DNA from: Rhynchobatus australiae
Lineage: Eukaryota
DNA: 63,946 nucleotides
Assembly (NCBI GenBank): GCA_034780895.1
Contig: JAUZTB010000057.1
Location: 26,266,906-26,330,851 of the forward strand
Reading direction: 5' to 3'
A program made the translations under genes and the position numbers. The notes below the pieces were generated by a model, which saw only the letters and a list, made by a program, of their open reading frames with translations, ran no database searches and was not told the origin of the DNA. Position 1 is the stretch's first letter. The number at the start of each line of letters is the position of its first letter. This document shows, in pieces, positions 11,566-24,549 of the stretch.

Positions 11566-13489
11566 TCCCAATACTTGCTCTTCAGAAGATGGTCCTCTAC
11601 TGTTTCATCTTCCTGGGTCAGTTCCTTGTAGAGTTCCTTGTAACATGAAAGGAGTTGATTTAAGTTCCTCTTAAAGTTGAGACTCCTTAGAATGATGGGG
11701 CAAGGTCCACAATCTCCTGCACAGGAATCCTGGAATGGCTGTAGCAGTGATGGCTTGCTCAGTAGGCTTTGTATCTGCTTCTTCCTCAGTGTTTCTTCTG
11801 GATGCAACTAACTGCTTAAGTCCCCTCATTTTTTTGGTTCTTCTTGGTGAAAATTAATCGGCTTGATCACCTCCCCATTTTCAGTATCTTTAAATCCCTC
11901 TCCTTCTAGCCATTTCGCCATCTTCACAATGTCACTGGCTACACTGTTGATAGTGGGGAAGCCTCTGAAGTCATTGACGAGCTCAGGCCAACAGCCAAAG
12001 TTGAAGCTTTACCTTCTCCCAGGCCTCTTGGATAATGCCGATGCAGTCTGAAATTTTGTACTGCTTCCAAAGCCAATCAGACTCTCCATCCTCCTTTTGG
12101 CAACAGTCTCGAGGGCTTTTCTATCAAGCTTCCAGATGGAAAAAAAGGCTTAGAAGTTTTAATAAAGGCCTAGTCCATAGGTAGAAAAATTGACATCATA
12201 TCAGGAGGCCAAAACATAGCAGAAATGTAAACATCAATGAGGGATGAGGGGTCAGTGTGAGTAAAATCCTAAATGGGAGATTCTTTCTCACAAGGAATTC
12301 CTTCATTTCCAGNNNNNNNNNNNNNNNNNNNNNNNNNNNNNNNNNNNNNNNNNNNNNNNNNNNNNNNNNNNNNNNNNNNNNNNNNNNNNNNNNNNNNNNN
12401 NNNNNNNNNNNNTTCCTTCATGTCCAGTATAAATGAGTTCTGCAGCCAGTCCTCAAAAAAAGTTGTGACCCAGGCTTCCTCACTAGAATGCCACACTTTC
12501 CCCTTTACTGCATGTGGGTTTTTAGCTTGGTACACTAAAATGGGTTTGCACTAGTCCCCTTGGTTATACACTTTGTTGTTCATTTAATTAAGTTCCGTTG
12601 CTCACTCCCTTGTTTAAAAAAATGCCATATTTCTTCACAGTTGAAACTTGAGCAGATTCATAGCCATTGTCTTTGATAAATTCTAAACACACTGGCTTAA
12701 TATGGCAGTATCATCCACACCAGCAGATCCCACTTTGTCCTGCAACTTCTCACTTTACCCTGTAATTTCTCACTTTGGAAATCATAGTGCTGAACAATCT
12801 GTAAAGCCAGTCTCTGCCAACAGTGCATAGCTTGGCTTCATTATGCTTTCCTTCAGTTCTGGTCACACAGGTCATACAGAGCCAAATCTTTAGCCCTAAT
12901 TGCAACATCATCAACAACTGATCCATCAGTACTGGTTATTTCATTAATCTAAGGGAGTTTCTCACTCTTGACTAAATGAAGAACTCTTGTCAATAACAAC
13001 ACTTAAACTCATAGGAGCTGTTGATTTCACACATTGTCTAAATTTTTGACACATTTCTAATGGTTTGCATTGTTGATTCATTTAAACTGTATTAGCAAGC
13101 AATCAACACAGCACTGTAGTCTTCTTAATTAGTCAAGGATTTGTATTTTCTAGGCCAGGTGACAGACTTCTATGTTCTTCAGGGAACATCATCATGAGCT
13201 TTCTTCAACGCTATTTTCACAAGAATGGAAGCTGAAAACGAACTGACTGGGGTTTGGCGCCAATTGAACAAACAGTCTACTACCTACTGTGTAAATGTGT
13301 AACAGGGCATTGCGCGAGTTACTCATTGGTCACATAATATAAATCACATACACATGAATCAGTGCAACTTGAAATTGTGTAACCAGGGGGACAATTTCTT
13401 CCTTCCATTCTTCTTCCACTGCGTCATCCAACCACACAACCACCTCCCCCAGCCACCACACCATACTTCTAACTCCATTTCAGGTTCCG

Positions 13490-14300
13490 TAGAACCATAG
13501 AACAATACAGCACAATACAGGCCCTTTGGCCCACCATGTTGTGCCACCTTTCAAAACCACACCTAAGACTATCTAACATCTTCCTCCCGCATATTTCTCC
13601 ATCTTAAATTCCTCCATGTGCCTATCCAACAATCTCTTGAACTGGATCAACTTATCAGCCTCCATCACCACCCCAGCAAGCGCATTCCATGCCCCAACCA
13701 CTCTCTGGGTGAAAAACCTCCCTCTGACATCTCCCTTGAACTTTCCACTTATTATTTTAAAGCCATGTCCTCTCGTTTTGAGCATTTGTGCCCTGGGAAA
13801 GAGGCGCTGGCTGTCCACTCAACCTATTCCCCTTAAAATCTTATACACCTCTATCATGTCGCCCCCTCCCCCTTCTCTCCAATGAGGAAAGCCCTAGCTC
13901 CTTAAATCTCTCCTCATAATCCATACTCTCTAACCCAGGCAGTATACTAGTAAATCCCCTCTGCACCCTTTCCAATGCCTCCACATCCTTCCTATAATGA
14001 GGTGACCAGAACTGGACACAGTACTCCAAGTGTGNNNNNNNNNNNNNNNNNNNNNNNNNNNNNNNNNNNNNNNNNNNNNNNNNNNNNNNNNNNNNNNNNN
14101 NNNNNNNNNNNNNNNNNNNNNNNNNNNNNNNNNNGGACACAGTACTCCAAGTGTGGCCTAACCAGAGTTTTGTAAAGCTGCATCATTACTTTGCGGCTCT
14201 TAAACTCGATCTCACGACTTATGAAAGCTAACATCCCATAAGCTTTCTAAACTACCCTATCTACCTGCAATATGAACCCCCAGATCCCTCTGCTCAGCAC
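13490..14300 (-). mobile_element. 5'-truncated CR1
   Basis: [33 protein letters not shown], tail at 13490. Confidence 0.92.
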
Positions 14301-15073
14301 TCAAACCTTTCTGTGACCTATTATTCTCTCACTAACTTGACAGCCTAATGATAATTTCTTAGATAATGTCCAATCTCATATAGAAATCACATTGCTTTAT
14401 GAGGATGCTGAGTGATTACAGTTTATCTTCTCAACAATTCACTAATAATTTGGAGAATGTCAAGAGATTGCCATTGTGAAAACCTGCAATATGAACCTCC
14501 ACCCTCTAACACACTGTATCAGTGATCCTGATTTCACTTAAAATTAATATTTAAGACCACTAATCCACGTAAGTACCTAATGCTTTGCTCTCAGTAAAAG
14601 TTTGTATACATCATTGTAACATAAATACATCTGGTGTCATTTCTCTATTTACTTGATTAGGATCTGGACTATTTCCCCCCTCTTTGGTGTTGTCAATATT
14701 ACTCCTTCACACACCCATTATAAGAAACAGTTCCAAACAGATGCATGTTTATAGGTTTTCTTCTGTTCAACAAACACTGATATCTGGAGAAACTTCTCCA
14801 AACAAAAGATAAACACTAGGCCTTTGAACTGGTGTTTCAAAGTTGTCCAAAAATTATTTAACCAAAAACAAATATTATATCAAATTATTAAAATTAGCTA
14901 CAAATGCTTATTTTCTCATAACCAAAATTTATAAATTAAATCAGTTTAATTATAACTTCCCAACAGTTCTTTGGCAAAATCTGAAGCAGCATGACTAATC
15001 CAATTTAGGAAATCTTCCTGTTGCACTTTCTCATTTGTGAATGGTGTTTTTGTTGAGAAATCTATTTTCTTAC

Positions 15074-15140
15074 CATTGTGAGCGTCATGCGGTCAATCTC
15101 GTGCTTGTCTTTCGTCTTGTGCTGCCGGAAAGGGCTGTGT
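15074..15140 (-). CDS. GRK3: GRK3 exon 14 (67 bp): HSPFRQHKTKDKHEIDRMTLTM
   Basis: Manual translation; acceptor cattag (rest of the tract is in a gap), donor gtaaga. Confidence 0.96.
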
Positions 15141-15799
15141 CTAATGANNNNNNNNNNNNNNNNNNNNNNNNNNNNNNNNNNNNNNNNNNNNNNNNNNNNN
15201 NNNNNNNNNNNNNNNNNNNNNNNNNNNNNNNNNNNNNNNNNNNNNNNNNNNNNNNNNNNNNNNNNNNNNNNNNNNNNNNNNNNNNNNNNNNNNNNNNNNN
15301 NNNNNNNNNNNNNNNNNNNNNNNNNNNNNNNNNNNNNNNNNNNNNNNNNNNNNNNNNNNNNNNNNNNNNNNNNNNNNNNNNNNNNNNNNNNNNNNNNNNN
15401 NNNNNNNNNNNNNNNNNNNNNNNNNACTCAAAATCTTTTATATGCTTTATTTTAATATTATTTTCCTCCTTCCCCCTTTCAAATTTGTGCTCCTTCCCAA
15501 TCCAGTGAGTCCTCTTTGCTTCAGACTGCACTGTGAATCACTTATAGGCATTGTGCAGCTCCTGTCAATTCAGCAATGTTGCATTCAAGTTTTTATTTGT
15601 TTTTTTTTGAAAATGGCAATTATAATTTAGAAGTATTATCGTTGCAGTGAAGCCTCCAGCTGGTTCTAAACAGGAATTTTGGCCAGAGAGATGATGCAAA
15701 CATGAACAAAAACAAAAGGCTCTGAACACTCATTGGGTCAAGCAGCATCCACAGAGGCAAAAAAAGCAAGTCAAACATAATGTTTTTTTTTAAACATGG

Positions 15800-16140
15800 G
15801 TTCCCATTTGCCCAGTGTGGAAATCAGCCATACAGACAAGCAATTCTCGATGAGCTAAATCAGTGACAATCTATTCAACTACATTGTCATGACATCAGAA
15901 CAGAAATATAACTTTCCCACCCAACAGCTACACATTCCTATTTTCTAACAGGGGCCAATAAACAATAATTATAAGAATTGAACCTTGGCTAATATTTCCC
16001 CTTCCTTGTGCAATTGACCTAAGGCAGCTGGAGTGACACACCAGCTGCCATAGCTGGGGTGAGATATTTCACTGAAGACTGAGGACTGAACCTGGTATCT
16101 ACTAGTCTATATTGAGCTACATGCAGGTAATGCCCTCTGT
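15800..16140 (-). mobile_element. Ancient LF-SINE-like relic; a related plus-strand copy lies at ~30420-30700
   Basis: Weak resemblance from memory (ggactgaacctgg tRNA-derived B-box end; gattgaatatcctgc in the second copy). Confidence 0.35.
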
Positions 16141-16379
16141 GAACCTTGCATGGATTTTCCTGCCTTAACAACAATTATATTACATCAGCATGGAATTGGA
16201 ATGTCTTGTTTTTTATTTTATTTCTCAAAATATACCATGATTTACGAAAAGGCTTATTTTCACACTTCGTGTTCCTAAAAGATATTTTACTCATAAATAT
16301 ATGTGATATGTATACTGCCCTAAATACAATAGCTTAAAGGTTATTAAAAATTGTATTTGTCTTTTAAACCATCAGGCAG

Positions 16380-19050
16380 CAGTCATGTGCAAGAGTCCTC
16401 ATCTGACGGCATGCACAGGTTCAATGGCTCATTTTTTGCTAAGCTGTGCTCCTGCTGCTCTGCTGACCAGTTGTCTAATAGCAAGAGGATTCTTACTTTT
16501 TTTCCATCTCTCTAATCCCTCTGGCTTCTCTGATTTTTATACCATGGCACTTCAAGGGTTTGCTCACATCAATTGAATTGGACCATCCCATGGGAGGTCA
16601 TTGCTGCTGTCATTGCCATCTCTTTTCCTTTATTGGGTCACTCTGCCCAGCTCTTTAAAGGGCAACATCAAACAGTGCGATTTACTTCTGCTGCACAGGA
16701 CCTGCTGGAGCCTGGCCATCCGCATCACATTATGAAGAAATGAATCCTGTTTACTGACAGGCTTAATTTTTGAAGGGAATGAATGAATTATACTTGTATC
16801 GAACTGAGAATAAACATTCCAAATATTCTTGCTTTTGCTCTTTCATTTCCTTATTTTTAATAAAACTCATAGGGACTTAAAAATCACTTGAGTTGTTTTT
16901 TCAAAAAGCAACATTTTTCTACGTGTGAAAGAAGGCATTTTGAAGACAGCTATTCTGCTTCCTTTACTCTATCAACATCCAACTTCAATTTCATACTTCT
17001 CAACATCATACATTGGTCTGAAGGTGTATTACTTTCAACCTCTAAACTTTGTCTCAGCTTCAAAGTCCCAACAAACTCAATTCTGTTTTTTATTTTTTTT
17101 ATTTGCTGTCTGAATTTTGCAAGCCTGTAGGTTTGGATAGTGCTTAAGACACTGCTGCCTCATTATCAATACATTAATATGGACTGGTAACAACAACCTG
17201 AGATGCTCACAAATTAATTGGAATATTTAAATTTCATGGAACTATTCATTTCCCCCGCCATCAATGAACAACCCCCCACCACCCCCCCCCCCAGCAAACT
17301 AAAGGTTCACATCATGGTCATAATCACCACCTGAAGGTAAAAGGGCATGTAGAAAACAAGCTGAAAGGATACTGAATTTATAATGTTCACTAGTAAAAGC
17401 AAGTCAAATAAACAAGGTTCATAGTTTTCTGTGGTAAAACAAAATAATACCTGATGATAAAAAAAATACATGTTTAGACATTAGACTGTACTACACCTAC
17501 AAAGCACACCTTTGCACCTGGTGTCAGCACAAATGGGCCAAAAGCAGGTGTGCAGCAGTCAGGTAGAAGTGCTAAAACATGACCTGGGAGGTCCCTGACA
17601 AGACCACACTGAATTCAGTGCAGCTGTCAATTTTTTGCTGTGCAGCAACCAACCTTCTTGTCAGCCTGTAAACAATAGCTACACATATTATGGCTGCCAT
17701 GGCACTGAGAGAGACTGCAGGGAAGCTGAATGAGCTCCCACATTCACAGACAGGGGCAATGATGAAAGTGAAGGAAATACTGGCAAGAAGGTCCTTTGCA
17801 TGAGGGGGTCAGGAGACCCACCAGAGACATCACAAGAAGAGTATAGCAGGAGATGGATTTGAGTAGTCTACTCCAAGAGTGAGAATCCCAGAAAAAATTC
17901 AAGACATCATAAGATACATTGGAGAAAGTTGTATGTACTAACAATACTGTTCTCTCATATAGACATACTAACACAGACATACACAAACGAACAAATTGTT
18001 AATCCGTACACGGTGAATTCTCTCCTATATCACACCCAATCTTATCCTGCCCCAACCTTCTACCCTCCACCCACAGACAAAGATCAAGTGTCCAAAGGTA
18101 GGATAATGAAGAAGTCTACTCATTGTCCTCCATCTTCTCCACTAAGGGTAGAGCAAAGAGGGATAGGGATGCCTGAATGGGAAGTGGCATTCCTGCCTAT
18201 ATCATTTCACCAGGATGAAGCCGACTCCTCCCCCCCCCCACCCCCACCCCCCGGCCCNNNNNNNNNNNNNNNNNNNNNNNNNNNNNNNNNNNNNNNNNNN
18301 NNNNNNNNNNNNNNNNNNNNNNNNNNNNNNNNNNNNNNNNNNNNNNNNNNNNNNNNNCACCAGGATGAAGCAGACTACTCCCCCCACCCACCCCCTCCTC
18401 CTGGACAGAGATTGTAAACTAGCTCTCAGGCAGAGGCTATAAGAAACCTGCCAGGTATACTCATTAAGAATCTTCCATGAAATTTGCACATCCCCTTGAA
18501 ACTGATCTGCAGTGTACGTATTCATTTCTATGTATGCTGTTGCATCACCATAAAGTAGTGTTCGGAATAGCTGACAAGTGCAACTGTCCTTTGACTCTGT
18601 ACTGTATGAGGAAAGGCCCTTGTTTTCTCTTCACATCAAGATACAGAGCAGGAGCAGGGAGTGAAGGGCAAGGATGAGGCAGGGAATGATGAAGATGACC
18701 ATGGCACATCATATACTGTGATTGGCACTGCCAGGGGCAAACAGATTAGGTTCAAGGAATAGGTGTCAATGAAATACAGAGGTACTGGCAGGCTTTAGTC
18801 TGGTGCGAGATTAAGGAATACAAGGGTGTAGTTCATGCATCTATACTGCTATACTGAACTTGGATGAGGTCTGCAATTGGAATACTTTCATGACAAATCT
18901 GATGCATAACAAGATGATAAGTAACCCATCTGTAGCCACAAAGGGATGCTGTGATATACCATTTGGACAGCAAAAGCCATCTGCAAAGTTGTGAAATAGG
19001 AATGGCACTTGGGTGCTTAACTTAGGTGACAAATGTCATGATTTTCTGTT
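16380..19050 (+). mobile_element. Probable Harbinger relic with a decayed Myb/SANT-like accessory gene
   Basis: 17730-17915 reads like APTFTD..VL..RRP..E..KKFKDI, the Myb/SANT pattern of Harbinger ORF1; heavily disrupted. Confidence 0.4.
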
Positions 19051-19389
19051 TATTTACTGTTTGATTTTGCTTTGTCATAAATAAATAACAAAACACAAGC
19101 AATGTTCATTTTTTTCCCCCATTTAGACCAAGTAACATTCTTCACTGTGCAGAGAACACTNNNNNNNNNNCAGCTACTGGCATCATTAGAGTGCCTCACT
19201 TAGAGTGGTTGCAAATGTCATTCCTGATCATATTTCATGTTAACATCCTTGAGCAAAACTTAGTTTGCTGCTAGATGGTGCCAATGTGTTTCTATTAAAA
19301 ATGAATGGCTTCCTGCTGTGGAGCATGATTGTGAAATAATTTAACTGATGTTAATGTTGCCATAGTATTCTGGCAATAAGTGAGCCAGG

Positions 19390-20088
19390 AATACTTGGTT
19401 CCAGACGTCATCCAAACATGAATCAAAGAAGTGAATTCCAGAGGTGAGGTGAATATTGATATTGATATCAGGGCAGCATTTGACTGAGTGTGGCATCAAT
19501 ATATCCTGATAAAAATGAAGTCAGTGATCAGAGGGAAAATACTCCAGTGTTTGGGATCACATTTCTTACAAAGGAAGAAGATTGTGGTTGTCAGAATCAA
19601 TCATCCCAGAACAAGAATATCACTGCAGGAGTCCCTCAGGGCCGTGTCCTCAGCCCAGTCACCTTCAATGATCTTCCTTTCATATTAAGATCAGACATGG
19701 GAATGTTCGTGGATGTAGCTAGAGCCAGTCAACATTCAGTCATGAGTTATTCTTTCAGAGAAGTGCCAGGCACAAAGCATTTCCAATAAGGGAGAATGTA
19801 ACAATCTGTGACATTTAATGGCATTACCACTGCTGAGTCCACATTATCAATATTCTGGGGATCATCATTAACCAGAGACTCAACAGGACCAGCGACATAA
19901 ATACCATGGCTACAAGAGCAAGTCAACTCCTGATATCTAAGGCCTTTCCACCATCTAGAAGATATGAGTCAGGAGCGTAATGGAATACACTCCACTTGCC
20001 TGGGTGAGTGCAGCACCAATAATGTTCAATAAGGTTGACACCATCTAGGGCAAAGCAGCCAATTTGATTGGTATCTGTTGGATTCGAC
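19390..20088 (+). mobile_element. Old CR1-group LINE RT fragment
   Basis: DIRAAFD, ITAGVPQGRVLSPVTFNDLP..MGMFVD, RSVMEYTPLAW; a related fragment lies at ~45730-46070. Confidence 0.75.
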
Positions 20089-20753
20089 NNNNNNNNNNNN
20101 NNNNNNNNNNNNNNNNNNNNNNNNNNNNNNNNNNNNNNNNNNNNNNNNNNNNNNNNNNNNNNNNNNNNNNNNNNNNNNNNNNNNNNNNNNNNNNNNNNNN
20201 NNNNNNNNNNNNNNNNNNNNNNNNNNNNNNNNNNNNNNNNNNNNNNNNNNNNNNNNNNNNNNNNNNNNNNNNNNNNNNNNNNNNNNNNNNNNNNNNNNNN
20301 NNNNNNNNNNNNNNNNNNNNNNNNNNNNNNNNNNNNNNNNNNNNNNNNNNNNNNNNNNNNNNNNNNNNNNNNNNNNNNNNNNNNNNNNNNNNNNNNNNNN
20401 NNNNNNNNNNNNNNNNNNNNNNNNNNNNNNNNNNNNGAATTCATTGCTTTGACCTCAGAAAATTGAATTTTCAACCTGATCTGTCGAATATGTATAAAAG
20501 GGATAAAAACTTCAAGTCAGAATGAGCAGCTCCACTCAAAGCTGTTAGACTCATATTCGATCAGTTTTGGGTTGATATTCCAGATGGTCACTTTACCTCT
20601 CTTTATTTTTAACCAGATCTTGAACTGCCATGAAAGAACATAACAATTTAAATGTGGTGACAACCTGCAGAGCTGATTTTGTGTCATCCACTTTTAGCAC
20701 CTGTAAGGCGAACAGAATTATTTTCATACAGCATTTTGTGTTTAGTGGCTTAC

Positions 20754-20861
20754 CCTCGAAGTAATTTGAAGAGCATGCAGCCCAAAGAGAACCAATCTGC
20801 ACTGCTGTCATATGCTGTACCTTTCTGCAACACCTCTGGAGCCATGTATCCATGAGTCCCA
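20754..20861 (-). CDS. GRK3: GRK3 exon 13 (108 bp): [35 protein letters not shown](G)
   Basis: APE motif; acceptor atgcag, donor gtaagc. Confidence 0.98.
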
Positions 20862-21737
20862 CTGCATCAAAGGAACAAACTCAGCTTCAGCATTAACAAA
20901 TAACCAAAGTCCTTATGGTTGCTTATTATAATCCTTTTTAATACCTGCAACAAAAATGGAAGAAAAGAAATGGCGACTCTGCTGATATCTCAGAGAGGTA
21001 GGAGAGATGGTAATTCATGTAGAATGCTCTAAACTTTGTTCTGTACTTCAGATATTAGCTGATCTCAAACTGATTGATAGTGATGATACAGACAATGGTT
21101 GTGACAAGTTTAGGCTAGGTAACTGTGAATGTTGTAGTTTCTGATGTTATCCATAATCCATGCAGGAAGTGCATTTGTATATACAGGAGAAGGAAGAATT
21201 TTCTTGTAAAGCATATATAGTTAAGAACTAGAGAGATGTGGTACTGGATACTGGTAAGAATCAGCACTTGGAGGAAAGAAGGGTTGAAATGGGAAAAAAA
21301 GTAATAAAAATATGAAATTATTTGTATAAGTAGACCTGGTTGCAAAAAAGATAAGTGAGGAAGCTGTAAATATACCAGTGATCAAGGGGTATCAGATTTA
21401 AATCATGGAAATTCTTCTAAGTATTGAGAAGGGTACGATGCAAAGAGAACTATTCCGTTAGGTTCATTTTAGAGTAATCTTTTAAATTCAAATATAGAAG
21501 AAATGTAGTTGCCAATCTCAACATATCACAAGGAGCTACCTTTATGGGTACTTTCTACTAATTCTTTAAGGGTCTGTTGCAAAAAATGCAGATTAACTGC
21601 AGCTGAGGGGTGAATTTTAAGAGAACCAACAGCAGCAGGTATAAAGAGAGGAACAAGAAAAGTGCACTTATCTGCCAGCATAAGACTGGTCATGTTCACA
21701 CAAAAATGCTCATATTAACAGCTTAACAAGTACATAC

Positions 21738-21832
21738 ACGCTGGCATGGGGCTTCTTTTTTGAGAAATCGCAGGCAAGCCCAAGGTCTGATATTCTTACG
21801 TGACCATGTTCATCCAGTAGAATATTTGCTGG
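21738..21832 (-). CDS. GRK3: GRK3 exon 12 (95 bp): [31 protein letters not shown](V)
   Basis: GRK-type DLG motif; acceptor tcacag, donor gtatgt. Confidence 0.98.
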
Positions 21833-23584
21833 CTGTGAAAATAACACAAGTAATATGATACTGTGATCAGAATCATTATAATTTCACTCATAAACCACAT
21901 GACAATTTGAACACTCATTGTGATTTGAATATTATATAAGAAGTTAGATCAAATGGAGTTAGGTTGTAAATGATACCTGGAGACTTCATAGAAGCTGTGG
22001 AATTTAAATTCAGCTAAAACTCTAGAATATGGAAAAACAACTGATGACTGCAAATACTACCAGAATGTCACAAAACATGGTTCACCAATGNNNNNNNNNN
22101 NNNNNNNNNNNNNNNNNNNNNNNNNNNNNNNNNNNNNNNNNNNNNNNNNNNNNNNNNNNNNNNNNNNNNNNNNNNNNNNNNNNNNNNNNNAACATGGTTC
22201 ACCAATGTCCTTCAGGGAAGGAAATCTGCTACCCTACCTGGTCTCACCTACATCTGACTCAGGCCCATCTTGTGTGATTAACTCTTAAATTGCCTTCTGA
22301 ATGGCCTAAAAAGCCACTCAGTTCAAGGATAATTAGGGGTGGCCAATAATACTGGCCTTATCCTCAATACCGAGATCCTCAACAAAAGGATCTTATGAAG
22401 GGTAGCCAGTGCTGTGATGCAAGAAACTCAGCAGCCATTTTTTAGCATGTTCCCACAAACAGAATCATTGATTGAAATCAAAGTATTGGCCTTAACAAAG
22501 GGAAAAATCTCTTCTGCTCATCTTCAGAGAAGTGTCATAGCATATGTTATATTCACTTGAAAGGATAAATCTCATCTATAAACTCCAAAAATGTAGCATT
22601 TGTTTCATGCTACATTGCACCGTTAGTACTAGATTTTGTCTTTGAGTCTCAGATATAGAAGTTAAACTCCACTGTTCCGATGCAGAGTAAAGTATGCTTA
22701 TTTTGATTCACAAGTTGACCGAGTCCTTGAAATCCTTTTCCTTGTGATCCTCAGCTGAGGCCAACTGTTTCTGCTTGAATGATGACAAATGACTCATTTC
22801 TCATCATGCCATCAAAGCNNNNNNNNNNNNNNNNNNNNNNNNNNNNNNNNNNNNNNNNNNNNNNNNNNNNNNNNNNNNNNNNNNNNNNNNNNNNNNNNNN
22901 NNNNNNNNNNNNNNNNNNCTCATCATGCCATCAAAGCTCTACTGTTCACTGGTGCTCTTTGAATCACATTATTACGTGCCCTTTCCTTTACTGTAGAAAA
23001 TATTGTTTCATGGTGGTATGGGTGAATCAAGTGAAGAAATGGTCCTATGAAGGTGCCAGATTTTTTTTCTGTTAAATGTACAGCATTGAGAGTGACAGAA
23101 AGGGTATTCATTTTGGGAGGGTGCACTTTATTGTGAACCAGGAAGTCTGATTAATGAATAATAAATAAAGTTTTCAAATAATCAGAACATCTGAAGATAG
23201 AAGAAGCTCACAGCACACTCTAAGTGCTCATCCCATTACCCAGCTGAATTGGGCAGTTCCCTCCAACTTCATTACCCATAAGCTCCGTAATGTATCCAGC
23301 CAGCAATTAAAGACTTTCCTCTTTCCTCATGCATTATTCTCTTGCAAAGAGCACAAATATTTCACACTGCAGACTAATTCACAATACGTTTTCATCTGTG
23401 GACATTCCCCTGTGCATTTGCTACTGACAATGCAATAATTGACACTGAATGACCATAAGATATGCTGAAATGTAACAGGCAATTGTGGATTGGCAGTAGA
23501 ATATTTTTCCTCTTGAGAGGAATAATGAGATCATCTTGTGTTTGAGTTGTCTCATCTTTCTTTTATAATGTGCCTTGATTTTCC

Positions 23585-23745
23585 TTGCACAGTGCTGCAA
23601 TGTTTCGAGCCGCTGCCTCACAGTAGCAGAAACATGGGTTCAATCCTGACCTTGAGGAAAAATGGGATTAGTGCAGATGGATACTTGATGGTTAGCTGGG
23701 ATACAGTGGGCCAAAAGGCCTCTTTCCATGCTGTATGACTCTATG
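23585..23745 (+). mobile_element. Internally deleted tRNA-derived SINE with CR1-type tail
   Basis: gccgctgcctcacag..gggttcaatcctgacc head; gggccaaaaggcct..gctgtatgactctatg tail. Confidence 0.65.
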
Positions 23746-24549
23746 GCTGTCCACTGTTGTTCTGATGTTCATCGGCAAAATGTGCTTTAAACAAGTTTTC
23801 AGGGTAAAATAATGTGCAAATAAAGCAGTGGTGGAAGTTCCGATGTAATTGCATTCAGAAAGTGCAGTGAGTAACTTAAGCAACCAGCTAACTCTCAGTA
23901 TAGAAGTGCCCTAACCTCTGTGAAGATTCGTCTTCATTAGAGCACTTGGGATCAGCAAGGAAAAGCAAAATGAGTTCTTCTCAGAACCACAGTGCAATCT
24001 AATCAAATTCATTTGCTTTGAATATTCCACAAAAAGACTTGCAAATTATCTTGAAAGAGATATGAAATATGAGGGATAAACTCTTGAGTGGTGTGAGTCA
24101 CATGCCATCCAGGAGTGTCAGCCTTGGCAATGATCGGGTGGTGGCCATGCATCTCCACAACTCCTCCCTGTCAGAGCCAACTGCCTTGAATTGAGTGTCA
24201 CATCAATCCGATGACCCTTCAGTGGAGCCACTCATTTTCTGCCAGCCTTGCCCTAAGGTGGTATATAAAAGCATTAAGGGATGAGGAAAGGGAATTAACA
24301 TTCAGTAACTTAAGAGAATCAGAATGTAAATAAGTATAGTTTGTTTGTGGCAACTTGAAAATATATTTCATTACTGCACTGTTTGCCTGATGCCTTGGTA
24401 GTAATGGATATAAAAGATATCCAGAAAGGTCATCAACTGGTGCAGACATTTTCAAAGGTGGTGAAGATCAGCACAGGCAGTTTGGAGTAGGGTTGTTAGC
24501 AATTTCAAGGGAAGCACAGATAGTGTGGTACACCACTGTAATTAGTCAG

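Larger units (their letters stand above)
7190..13395 (-). mobile_element. Tigger/pogo (TIGD1-like) DNA transposon fossil; transposase remnants at ~11570-13250, interrupted by nested CR1s
   Basis: Minus-strand peptides KPILVYQAKNPHAVKG..WHSSEEAWVTTFFEDW, FWPPDMMSIFLPMD and QVFNCEE match pogo DDD-domain motifs; related subterminal motif at 7260-7280 and 13363-13383. Confidence 0.75.

Noticed and set aside
14015-14156. Direct repeats flanking 100-N gaps (also at ~12298/12413, 18208/18358, 22073/22191, 22800/22919 and 53284/53394)
   Set aside because: Identical or near-identical sequence on both sides of fixed-size gaps indicates overlapping contig ends, an assembly artefact rather than target-site duplications or repeat arrays.
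20665-20702. Possible 36-nt cassette exon (ccttacag|GTGCT..CTGCAG|gttgtc) after exon 13
   Set aside because: It would need a 53-nt intron, below the usual vertebrate minimum, and the donor is weak.
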